48,272 bases of DNA from Parcubacteria group bacterium Gr01-1014_33 (GTDB lineage Bacteria > Patescibacteriota > Minisyncoccia > Sungbacterales > HO2-52-23): assembly GCA_007376125.1 (NCBI GenBank), contig VMFQ01000016.1, positions 1 to 48,272 of the forward strand. Reading direction: 5' to 3'. The notes under the pieces are model-generated. The model was given only the letters and a program-made list of their open reading frames with translations, searched no databases and had not been told where the DNA came from. Position numbers and translations under genes: made by a program. This document shows, in pieces, positions 19,301-26,702 of this stretch (position 1 is the first letter of the stretch; every line of letters starts with the position of its first letter).

Positions 19301-19485
19301 ATATTTCCCACATGAAGCCCTTCCGCCGATGGGTACGGAAACATCATGAGGTTATAAAATGGCTTTTTTGCGCGCGTCCCTATTCCGCGTCTTCGTGGTC
19401 GGGCAAGTAAATCCGGCTCATAGATTTTTCCCTTAAGCCAACGCGCTTGCCATTTGGATTCAATTTTTTGAGGGAAGTAACGCAT
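16396..19485 (-). CDS. leuS: Leucine--tRNA ligase with inserted NUDIX domain
   Basis: MFPYPSAEGLHVGN, VFTTRADT, GAIMAVPAHDERD, LRDWLISRQRYWG, KMSKSKGN; start set to ATG 19485. Confidence 0.97.
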   Translation of the reverse strand: MRYFPQKIESKWQARWLKGKIYEPDLLARPRRRGIGTRAKKPFYNLMMFPYPSAEGLHVGNMYAFTGADIYGRFKRMQGYDVFEPIGLDGFGIHSENYALKIGKHPMELSRITEKNFYRQLQMIGNGFAWQERLETYDPEYYKWTQWIFVRLFKEGLAYRKKQAVNWCPSCKTVLADEQVISGECERCGSKVHKKDLEQWFFKITDYAERLLKNLEKIDWSERIKIAQRNWIGRSEGALIKFALSRNYADTTRTNTEILRKSASSQRESAFIEVFTTRADTLFGATYLVVAPEHPMLMNQESGIMNYGEVRGYIQNAKSKSEEERIAASKEKTGVELKGVKAINPANGEMIPIWVADYVLGNIGTGAIMAVPAHDERDFEFAKKFDLPIRQIVAPETGEKRNKEEFRDGGSGVVFDPETQKYAIAHWKKGEREWYGLFSGGVEEGEDIEKGILREIKEESGYYDFVHVEQIETAFAHYHNIPRNVDRFAKATCFLVILKTTAVQEQKLETHEDFIVEWVSAGEILENLERNNYNHEHDHWIRFLKQAVGRAIELRYDTTSAPSIFHQRVHTNSGILINSGKFTGTDSEKAKWEITKFVKGKRTVHYRLRDWLISRQRYWGPPIPMIFCENCAKRSRTSDGSPTSDGLGWHPVPEKDLPVRLPYIKKFRPTGTGKSPLASVERFYKVRCPKCKSWARRETDVSDTFLDSAWYFLRYPSVREEKKPWNPAITKKWLPVHMYIGGAEHSVLHLLYSRFLAMVFSDWGLTHFEEPFAKFRAHGLLIKDGAKMSKSKGNVVNPDEYIRAYGADALRMYLMFLGPFEQGGDFRDTGIKGITRFLERVWRFGQVQISQNLRSQIPISKKVPNPKSKIQKILHQTTKKVTEDIENLQYNTAISALMVLLNEFESNKEKVSGEDINVFLKLLAPFAPHISEELWQRIFSTTYNLQPTTFRSIHLELWPKYNPKLIQEDTFELVIQVNGKLRGRATLPMGAKEKEAKDAAMQIEQVRKFLTTEPKKIIFVQNKLINFVV

Positions 19486-19588
19486 AAAATATAGTGTAGC
19501 CGCAATCCCTTGGCTTGACAAGCCGCGCATAGAACTTTATGGTAGACGTAAATAGTTCTCTTTTTTTCAGCATTGTGGGAGGAGTCGT

Positions 19589-19978
19589 ATGAGCGCGCAC
19601 CCCATAACAATTTCTCAAGCGTACCGCGTCTATCAAGAGGTTATCGCTATTGTCTCACAGAATCCCATCCATACAAGCGATCTATATAAAATAGCGGTGA
19701 GCGCCGAATGTGTGCAGGAAACACTCAATGGGAGCAGATACAAAATAGACATTGCAGAACTCGGAACAGCGGATAAAGAAGCAATATATCGCCTTGGAAC
19801 GAGAATCCCCGTGTCGGTGCAACATTATACCGCCTGCCTTCTCATCTACGATTTAGGGCGATGGGAATGCTATGTGCAGACTCAATTTTCCATAAGAACA
19901 TATCGCAACTTTCTGGTGGAACTCCATCCCGATGATATCGCGTTTCTCACAGATACCGCGCATCCCAAAGCAGTATAG
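19589..19978 (+). CDS. Hypothetical protein
   Basis: 129-aa ORF, SD GGGAGGAG, TTGACA about 70 nt upstream. Confidence 0.6.
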   Translation: MSAHPITISQAYRVYQEVIAIVSQNPIHTSDLYKIAVSAECVQETLNGSRYKIDIAELGTADKEAIYRLGTRIPVSVQHYTACLLIYDLGRWECYVQTQFSIRTYRNFLVELHPDDIAFLTDTAHPKAV

Positions 19979-19998
19979 AGTTTTAAGAATCCACAGAA

Positions 19999-20943
19999 TC
20001 ATTCTCTGGCTATAGCAAGTCCAAAGAGAGAGAATGTATTTTTTACAGTGGTTTCGCTGACATTGTTCAGCGAAACTTTTTTTATTTCCGCCATCTTTCT
20101 TGCCACTTCACTAATATACGCAGGTTCATTCCGTTTCCCGCGATACGGCGCGGGCGTTACATACGGCGCGTCTGTTTCAAGCAAAATCCGATCAAGCGGA
20201 ATAAACTTTATAACCTCTTCGTAGTCGCTTGCCCCGTTAGAGGCCCGCGCTGAAGGCGCGGCAGTCGCTTCTGGCGACTTGCCTCTAACAGGGCGCGCGA
20301 ATGTGATCACCCCTCCGAAAGAAAATGAAAACCCGAGATCAAGAAGTTTCCGCGCATCATCCACAGTGCCGGTAAAGAAATGGATCACGCCGGGGTTAGG
20401 AAGTAGGTTAGAGGTAGTAGGTTGTAGGATTGAAATCAGGTCAGAAAATGCATTCCGGCAGTGAACCATCAATGGTTTTTTCACATCCGCCGCAAGTTCA
20501 ATTTGTTTTAAAAATACATCTTTTTGTTTCTCTTTCGTCTCCTCGCTTAAACGGTAGTAATCAAGTCCGCATTCCCCTATCCCCACAACTTTTGAATCTT
20601 CGGCTAAATTTTTGTAATACTCGTAGTCAAACTCTTCAGCTCGAGAAGTAAAACCTTTTTCCTCTCCGACATTCTCATATTCTTGAGAATATGGGAATGT
20701 TCCGAGCTCCTGCTCATCGTGATATGATTTTTCCGTATGAATAGGATGGAGACCGACCGTTGCATACACTCCTTCCGAATATCTGTGCGCGGTCTCAATC
20801 GCAGATTTTGAAGTATCGCGCTGGGTGCCCACGTTTATCATCCACACCCCCGCATCCAACGCGCGCCGAATAACCGTATCCCGATCATCGTGGAATGCGG
20901 CAAATTGAGTATGGGTATGGACATCAAATAATCGCGGAGTCAT
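19999..20943 (-). CDS. tatD: TatD-family deoxyribonuclease
   Basis: FDVHTH, VGLHP, IGECGLDY, MVHCR, IHFF, LETDAPY, RGKRNEP; start set to ATG 20943. Confidence 0.95.
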   Translation of the reverse strand: MTPRLFDVHTHTQFAAFHDDRDTVIRRALDAGVWMINVGTQRDTSKSAIETAHRYSEGVYATVGLHPIHTEKSYHDEQELGTFPYSQEYENVGEEKGFTSRAEEFDYEYYKNLAEDSKVVGIGECGLDYYRLSEETKEKQKDVFLKQIELAADVKKPLMVHCRNAFSDLISILQPTTSNLLPNPGVIHFFTGTVDDARKLLDLGFSFSFGGVITFARPVRGKSPEATAAPSARASNGASDYEEVIKFIPLDRILLETDAPYVTPAPYRGKRNEPAYISEVARKMAEIKKVSLNNVSETTVKNTFSLFGLAIARE

Positions 20944-20958
20944 ATAATCAGCAATGGT

Positions 20959-21064
20959 GCGGTCCCGATTTTTTGTCCACAAAAATCGAGGATCCTCGAT
21001 TTGCTCTGCCAATCGGGATAAATTGGGTGTGGGCATGGATGTCAAACAAGAACGGCGTAGACAT
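20959..21064 (-). pseudogene. tatD: Stranded tatD 5' fragment interrupted by a palindromic element
   Basis: MSTPFLFDIHAHTQF at 21064-21020, then a TCCCGATT...AATCGGGA element at 20963-21018. Confidence 0.8.
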
Positions 21065-21108
21065 TCATGTTGTATAAGTATACACTAAATTAGTAAATCT
21101 TAGAATGA

Positions 21109-21684
21109 GTGTTTATGGAAAAATTTGAAGGAAGAAAGCAAATGGAATTAGAAAAACCTCCGTTTCTCTATCACGGATCTCCTAATCGAAACATTCAAGG
21201 GTTTGAGCCGCGCACCAGCAGTGGGACAGGAGAGAAATTAGGAACACAAGTGTATGCGTCTCAAGACATGGCAGTTGCTTCTATATTTTTATTAAACCCA
21301 GAGCGGACTTGGTCTGCGGGAAAATTTAATGATGTACTTTTCGCAGTCATACCGATAAACCGGGATGAGTTCATTAAAAACGATAAAGGCGGATGTATCT
21401 ATGTACTTCCGAGTGATCACTTCGAATCAGATCCGAAACATGGTATGGGAGAATATGAATGGCATTCTCCCCAAAAAGTAAAACCGATTAAAAAGATGCA
21501 ATTTTCTTCTGCTCTTGATGCGGCCATTCAAAATGGAGTTCAAGTATATTTGGTAGATAAAGAGACCTTCCAACGCATTGAGAAATCAAAAGATCATGGA
21601 CTGTTGATCCTACAAAAACTGGAATCAGAAAATCAAAGAAGAGGGATAAATATAAAATCATTACACGCTACTACCAATTCATAA
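21109..21684 (+). CDS. Hypothetical protein, possible ADP-ribosyltransferase-like fold
   Basis: FLYHGS..., FEPR, VYAS pattern recalls ART-fold strands; function not established. Confidence 0.5.
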   Translation: MFMEKFEGRKQMELEKPPFLYHGSPNRNIQGFEPRTSSGTGEKLGTQVYASQDMAVASIFLLNPERTWSAGKFNDVLFAVIPINRDEFIKNDKGGCIYVLPSDHFESDPKHGMGEYEWHSPQKVKPIKKMQFSSALDAAIQNGVQVYLVDKETFQRIEKSKDHGLLILQKLESENQRRGINIKSLHATTNS

Positions 21685-21710
21685 TCGCGGGAATAAACCC
21701 CCCGCTTTTT

Positions 21711-22093
21711 CTATTTCCCAATGATCCGATATTCTCCTTCTCTAATCAGAACAAGCTTGCCAGAAAGATTTTTTCCCGCTCTTAACAGCTTTAACAAATA
21801 TGCAAGAGCATTCAGAGGACTCTGGTTTCGCAACCGGATTAAAATGACGCCCGGATGAGTTCTTACTGGGAAACGAACCAGATTTCCAAAATCTTTATCG
21901 TGAGTCACAATAATCCGTCTTTCGCGCCGCGCAAATTCCATAATATCCTCGTCCGGTCTTTCCTCGTACCCGACACTTCGGGACGCATGCCTGAAGCAAG
22001 TAACTCCAAAATAAATTCTACCGATATCCTGGTCCCTTTTATGATCGGTTTTCCTTGAAGAATATTTGGATTAAACGTAATTCTATTTTCCAT
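21711..22093 (-). pseudogene. DUF433 antitoxin / DUF5615 PIN toxin pair, truncated at the junction
   Basis: RITFNPNILQGKPIIKGTRISVEFILELLASGM (DUF433 N-half) and DEDIMEFARRERRIIVTHDKDFG (DUF5615 C-part); the middle is missing, with a CCCGA-CACT-TCGGG hairpin at the join. Confidence 0.75.
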
Positions 22094-22123
22094 GCTTCAA
22101 TTATATCCAAAGTAGTATAGAAA

Positions 22124-22213
22124 TCAAGTGTGTAAAATAACCGCATCCTGATCCTCGCAAAATGCGGCAAATTGGGTATGGGTGTGGACGTCAAAAAATG
22201 ATGGATTAGACAT
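22124..22213 (-). pseudogene. tatD: Second stranded tatD 5' fragment
   Basis: MSNPSFFDVHTHTQFAAFCEDQDAVILHT* versus TatD MTPRLFDVHTHTQFAAFHDDRDTVI. Confidence 0.88.
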
Positions 22214-22281
22214 GTTATTTTCATTATGCTACTGTTCTTATAAAGTCGTTCTTTAATAGAAAGTACAAGGAGGATGTAAAA

Positions 22282-22434
22282 ATGGCGAAGTCAAAATTTG
22301 CTTTAGGATTATTGAAAAAATTTGGACAATCAAAAGTCCTTTGTGGATTTAATGCCACCAGAAGTAAATGTCGCGCCAAGATAAAGGAGTCTAATAGAAA
22401 AATGAGGCGAGGGAAATATCCTTCTTTGCGATAA
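22282..22434 (+). CDS. Small basic protein (50 aa)
   Basis: SD AAGGAGG; MAKSKFALGLLKKFGQSKVLCGFNATRSKCRAKIKESNRKMRRGKYPSLR; below the ORF-track cutoff. Confidence 0.5.
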   Translation: MAKSKFALGLLKKFGQSKVLCGFNATRSKCRAKIKESNRKMRRGKYPSLR

Positions 22435-22454
22435 TAAAATTAAAACAGTCTGCC

Positions 22455-23930
22455 TTACGACGACAACCGCGGGAATAATATCCCCGCTTTTTTTATTTTC
22501 AAGACCGAATTTTCAAAAGAAATTTGTTCGCGGATTTTTTTTGTCGTATCCGGTAAAAACGGCTCAAGGAGATTTGCGATTTCAAGGATAGCCAGCGAAA
22601 GATCTATAATCACCTGCGGCTTTTCCTGTTCCCACGGCTTTTCCTCGTTGATATATTTATCCGCCGCTTTGATAATTTGCCATACATATTCTAATGTGGA
22701 ATGGAACCGAAATTCGCGCATTGCAACCTCGTAATTTTCTCGGACCTCTTGAATAATAGTAACTAATTCTTGATTTGTGATTTGTGATTCGTGATTTGTG
22801 ATTCGCGCCTTTTCCCCAAGCGCCGCCACGCGCGCCACCAAGTTCCCCAGTCCGTTTGCAAGGTCTCCGTTATACCTATCCTCAAACTTTTTGTAACTAA
22901 AATCACCATCTTCCCACGCGGGAATTTCACGCAGGAGATAATAGCGTACCGGATCGGTGCCGTATTTTTCAACAAGTTCAATTGGATCAATCACGTTACC
23001 GAGCGTCTTTGACATCTTTTGCCCCTCAACCGTAATATACCCGTGCACAAAAAGGGTTTTGGGAAGTTCTAATTTTGCCGAAAGAAGAAACGCGGGCCAA
23101 TACACCGCATGGAACCGTGTGATACCTTTTCCAATCACATGGAGATCCGCAGGCCACCACTTTTGGTACGTCGCCTCATCCCAGCCAAAACCGATGCCTG
23201 ATTGATAAATATTTAATGCGTCAAACCATACATATATCTTTTGAGTATCGTCTCCCGGCACCGGCACGCCCCAATTTTTTGCGCGCGCGTTTGAGCGAGA
23301 AATGCTTAAGTCCTGAAGCGGTTCTCTCAAAAATGCGAGCATCTCGTTTTTGCGTGTTTCAGGGATTATTGTAAGTGTGTCCGAAGCAATAAGCCGGATA
23401 AGATCATCCTGATAGCGAGAAAGCCGGAAAAAATAATTTTCCTCGGAGACGATATCAAGTTTTCTCCCCGGATGTTCAAAACATTCGCCGTTTTTACCTA
23501 ACTCGTCCGGAGTATAAAACATTTCGCATCCCACGCAATAAAGACCCTCATACATTTTTTTATAGATATCTCCGTTTTGCGCGCATAAGCGCCACAACTC
23601 TTGGCTTGACGGATAGTGGTGATCTTTGTCGCTTCCTTTTTGAAAAACGTCAAATTGGACATTGTAGCGGCGCGCAAGATCCAAAAAGAGTTTTGCGTTT
23701 TCATCAACAAAATCCTGTACATCTCTGCCCGCCTGCTCTGCCGCCTGAACATTTTTAAGCGCGTTTTCATCGCTTCCGCAAAGGAGGAGTGTTTCTTTCC
23801 CGCGCATGCGCTGGTAGCGAGCGATGGTATCGCTTTGGACAAATTCCAGCGCGTGTCCAATATGCGGCTTTGCATTCACATAGGGAATGGCGTTTGTGAT
23901 ATAAAATTTTTTTGCGGTCTCTTTCTTCAT
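22455..23930 (-). CDS. metG: Methionine--tRNA ligase
   Basis: YITNAIPYVNAKPHIGH, YCVGCE, YVWFDAL, IGKGITRFH, KMSKTLGN, DLANGLGNL. Confidence 0.98.
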   Translation of the reverse strand: MKKETAKKFYITNAIPYVNAKPHIGHALEFVQSDTIARYQRMRGKETLLLCGSDENALKNVQAAEQAGRDVQDFVDENAKLFLDLARRYNVQFDVFQKGSDKDHHYPSSQELWRLCAQNGDIYKKMYEGLYCVGCEMFYTPDELGKNGECFEHPGRKLDIVSEENYFFRLSRYQDDLIRLIASDTLTIIPETRKNEMLAFLREPLQDLSISRSNARAKNWGVPVPGDDTQKIYVWFDALNIYQSGIGFGWDEATYQKWWPADLHVIGKGITRFHAVYWPAFLLSAKLELPKTLFVHGYITVEGQKMSKTLGNVIDPIELVEKYGTDPVRYYLLREIPAWEDGDFSYKKFEDRYNGDLANGLGNLVARVAALGEKARITNHESQITNQELVTIIQEVRENYEVAMREFRFHSTLEYVWQIIKAADKYINEEKPWEQEKPQVIIDLSLAILEIANLLEPFLPDTTKKIREQISFENSVLKIKKAGILFPRLSS

Positions 23931-23942
23931 ATATGTACTTGT

Positions 23943-23971
23943 ATCTTATCCGAAAATTTATGGTTTTTCAA
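23943..23971 (-). promoter_or_regulatory. Putative sigma70 promoter of metG
   Basis: TTGAAA-N17-TAAGAT ending 12 nt before the metG ATG. Confidence 0.5.
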
Positions 23972-24749
23972 GGTTAAAAATATGGTCTCCGCTTTTGATC
24001 GCAAATCGTTCTGCCGCGCTCCCGCCTTGCACCACAATTTCAAGAAACCGATTTTCTCCCACGCCCGAACTTCCTCTGATACACGCGCTTGCCTGATCCG
24101 GCACATCTTTTAGGCGGGCAATATACGGAAGCGCGCCCCATAGCGTTTCTATTGTCTTGCCTTGTGTAAAATCTATTTCGCGCAGAAGAAGCGTTGTCTT
24201 GCAATTGCCAAAGTTATCTACCCACCAGACCATAGGAAGCATATCAGGAATTTTATCAATTGAGCAAATATCTCCCGGAAGATCGTGATGGGCGAGAAGA
24301 TACGCCGCAATCCGCGGAAGAAAATCATAACTGCGAAATTGTGTTTCCGCGATATAATGCTTACTGTGTTCCACTGCTAATCCAGATTTTACGAGTTCTT
24401 CTATTGCCCGCGCAGTGTCAATAATGCGGAGGGATGCGGCCAATCCGAGCTTTTTTACAAGCGAGAACGTGATGTCGTCAATTGTCCCCACGACAAGCGT
24501 TTCTCCATGCCAAAAGTAGCCGAAAGGGCTTCCGTTTTTCCATTTCTTCGCATTGCCATGCCGTGGGGCTACATTAACCAAGATCGCGCCTTTGCGTCCC
24601 TCAAGCGCGTCAATAAGATTACCCGCCGCCTCTCCATCGTCTGTTACGCCGATAAACGCAACCGCAGAATCAAAAAGACTTGAAACACGCGCCATTTGCC
24701 TACCTGCGGCATTTGCGTCGCGACAATCATTAATTACTACCGTGCTTAT
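23958..24749 (-). CDS. SAM hydroxide adenosyltransferase / SAM hydrolase-like protein (DUF62 family), probable non-AUG start
   Basis: VDNFGNCKT and FLEIVVQGGSAA..F.I..GD typical of the C-terminal domain; the frame is open upstream of ATG 24695 through STVVINDCRD to ATA at 24747-24749, with an in-frame stop at 24780-24782. Confidence 0.75.
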   Translation of the reverse strand: MSTVVINDCRDANAAGRQMARVSSLFDSAVAFIGVTDDGEAAGNLIDALEGRKGAILVNVAPRHGNAKKWKNGSPFGYFWHGETLVVGTIDDITFSLVKKLGLAASLRIIDTARAIEELVKSGLAVEHSKHYIAETQFRSYDFLPRIAAYLLAHHDLPGDICSIDKIPDMLPMVWWVDNFGNCKTTLLLREIDFTQGKTIETLWGALPYIARLKDVPDQASACIRGSSGVGENRFLEIVVQGGSAAERFAIKSGDHIFNLEKP

Positions 24750-24773
24750 AAATAAAAAACCTCCGGACGGAGA
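24750..24773 (-). terminator. Attenuator terminator
   Basis: Minus strand TCTCC-GTCC-GGAGG followed by TTTTTTATTT, between the leader ORF and the structural gene. Confidence 0.7.
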
Positions 24774-24808
24774 AAATTTTTACTGTTTCTCGTAAAGAAA
24801 AACAAAAA

Positions 24809-24874
24809 TTACCCCACGTGGAAGAGGTTCATCATCCGCATCATCATCATCATCATGGAATTTTTGTTATCCAT
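24809..24874 (-). CDS. Met-rich leader peptide MDNKNSMMMMMMRMMNLFHVG
   Basis: 8 ATG codons in 9 consecutive positions; promoter upstream, terminator downstream, metG in the downstream gene pair. Confidence 0.8.
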   Translation of the reverse strand: MDNKNSMMMMMMRMMNLFHVG

Positions 24875-24881
24875 ATTAAAC

Positions 24882-24910
24882 ATGGTATCGCAATTCTAAA
24901 ATCAAGTCAA
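24882..24910 (-). promoter_or_regulatory. Sigma70 promoter of the Met leader
   Basis: TTGACT-N17-TACCAT ending 7 nt before the leader ATG. Confidence 0.7.
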
Positions 24911-24968
24911 TTTCCTAGAGAAATAGACGCTCCCTTTGCATCTTCAGCAAACGAGAATCTCCACACAA

Positions 24969-25388
24969 TTATTTCCGTTTTCTGTGCCAATACATTGCGC
25001 CGAGAAGTCCTCCGAGCGTATCAAACATAAGATCACCAATATTGTCCGCGTATGTCATAATGCTTGCCTGACCGAGTATGAGTACCTGATAGCGATCAAT
25101 TATGAGTTCGTACCATTCCCATAACACACCGAGCACTATGGCACCCGCAACGTAGAGCGCGATTTCCATCCAGAAAGGAATTTCAATGCGATGCGAGAGC
25201 CGCGCGTACGAAACAAGCTCCCGAGTGAAAAAAAATGCGTACACGCCCCCGACAATATGCAACACATTGCTTATTTCCCATGCGGTCCACGATTGAGGAT
25301 TGATAGTCCAGACAAGGATATAGGCGCTTAGCACGATACCGCCCCCTACCCCCAGAAGAGAGTAAATCTTTTTTTTATGAGGTTGCAT
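24969..25388 (-). CDS. Membrane protein (DUF2238/VanZ-like)
   Basis: 4 TM segments, LHIVGG, GVLWEWYE, DNIGDLMFDTLG. Confidence 0.7.
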   Translation of the reverse strand: MQPHKKKIYSLLGVGGGIVLSAYILVWTINPQSWTAWEISNVLHIVGGVYAFFFTRELVSYARLSHRIEIPFWMEIALYVAGAIVLGVLWEWYELIIDRYQVLILGQASIMTYADNIGDLMFDTLGGLLGAMYWHRKRK

Positions 25389-25495
25389 GTCTGCTATTGA
25401 CCTTTCACAGTTACCTTAACGCAGGGAGGTTCAAAAATGGCTTATTTTAGGGATTTTTTAAGATACGACTTGTTAAGCTGATAGTGAAAGATCAA

Positions 25496-25640
25496 TAAGA
25501 TATAGAACTTTCGCGTTTGATGAAAATCACGAACGTTTGTCATTCCCGTGAAAGCGGGAATCCAGTGTTCATGCTCTATACGGTGTTTCTGGATTCCCGC
25601 TTTCACGGGAATGACAGTAAACGCGTAAGTCCTAAGATAT
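25496..25640. mobile_element. MITE-like element with internal perfect 28-bp inverted repeat
   Basis: Ends TAGAACTTTCGCGTTT / AAACGCGTAAGTCCTA (14/16); TAAGATAT direct repeat; TGTCATTCCCGTGAAAGCGGGAATCCAG at 25538-25565 and its reverse complement at 25589-25616. Confidence 0.75.
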
Positions 25641-25643
25641 TTT

Positions 25644-26687
25644 CTACTCCGGCATCAATGCGCGTTTCTTTTTATCCCAATCGTCCAGAAATTCCGCCCC
25701 AATCGCCGTAAGCGGAACCGCAAGGAGAATTCCGAAGATGCCGCCGAGTTTCCCGCCCACTAAAAGTGCGAGCACGACGATCAATGGGCTTAGTCCTATT
25801 GCTTTTCGCATAACCACCGGCACGATTATGTGGCTTTCCATCTGCTGCACCGCAACAAAGAGAATCGCCGTGGATATACCGAGCAAAGGCGAGGCAAGAA
25901 ACGCGGCAGACACCGCGGGGACCGCGGCAAGGATAGGGCCTACAACCGGAATAATTTCAAACACCGCGGAGAGAAGCGCGAAAAGGAGCGCATACCGTAC
26001 GCCAAGCATCGTGAGTCCGAAGAAAATGAAAAATCCGACTATCGCGCCGAGAAGTATCTGCGTTTGAAGCCATCGCCCAAGTTTTTTTTGCGCGCGCGTC
26101 CAAAGATCCAATACATACGGCTCTTGGTCCAGAGGCGTTACAAGCCGCAAGAAACTTTCAATTCCTCTCTCTTGCGCCGCAAGATAAAACGAGAATACAA
26201 TAATCAGCGCAAATGAGAAAATGCCTCCGAATATCCCTGCCGCAAAATTAACCACGCCTCCGCTTATCTTGCCGGCAAACTCCGTAGGGATACGGAAAAA
26301 TAAATCGGCGTTATCGGAAAGAAACGGAGTAAGAGAGAAAAATCCAAGGTGTTCAATTTCCGTCAAAAATTGGGATTGGAGCGCGGGAAATGTGGTACTC
26401 ACTGTTTGAAGCTCCTCCGCAACCAAAGGAAAGATGAGATAGATGATAAATGCGGCAAACGCGGCAAGCCCGATATATATCAAAAGCGCGCCCAAAATTC
26501 GCGGCACCTTTCTTTTTTGGAGCCAGCGTATCGCCGGCTCAATGGCGGATGCCACAATCACGGCGAAAATCAACGAGAATATAATGTCGCTTATGTAGTA
26601 CACCGCGGCAAGCGCAATAATGATTGCAAAAAAACGAAGAAAGGTCGCGGTAGAGATATTGAGATAGTGTGATTCTTTCTGGTTCAT
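25644..26687 (-). CDS. AI-2E family transporter
   Basis: Multi-TM; EIIPVVGP, QQMESHIIVP.VM, GLSP, GGKLGGIFGILLAVP. Confidence 0.92.
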   Translation of the reverse strand: MNQKESHYLNISTATFLRFFAIIIALAAVYYISDIIFSLIFAVIVASAIEPAIRWLQKRKVPRILGALLIYIGLAAFAAFIIYLIFPLVAEELQTVSTTFPALQSQFLTEIEHLGFFSLTPFLSDNADLFFRIPTEFAGKISGGVVNFAAGIFGGIFSFALIIVFSFYLAAQERGIESFLRLVTPLDQEPYVLDLWTRAQKKLGRWLQTQILLGAIVGFFIFFGLTMLGVRYALLFALLSAVFEIIPVVGPILAAVPAVSAAFLASPLLGISTAILFVAVQQMESHIIVPVVMRKAIGLSPLIVVLALLVGGKLGGIFGILLAVPLTAIGAEFLDDWDKKKRALMPE

Positions 26688-26702
26688 AGTAAAAAACTTG
26701 AT

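Noticed and set aside
20944..21045. N-terminal extensions of TatD (also PolX, GlyRS, LeuRS, IleRS) in the ORF track
   Set aside because: They run through repeat elements or promoter DNA; family similarity starts at downstream ATGs.
24818..25030. His-rich plus-strand ORF (HHPHHHHHH) as a histidine leader
   Set aside because: Promoter, terminator polarity and the downstream metG all lie on the minus strand, where the repeat reads as Met codons; no his gene follows on the plus strand.
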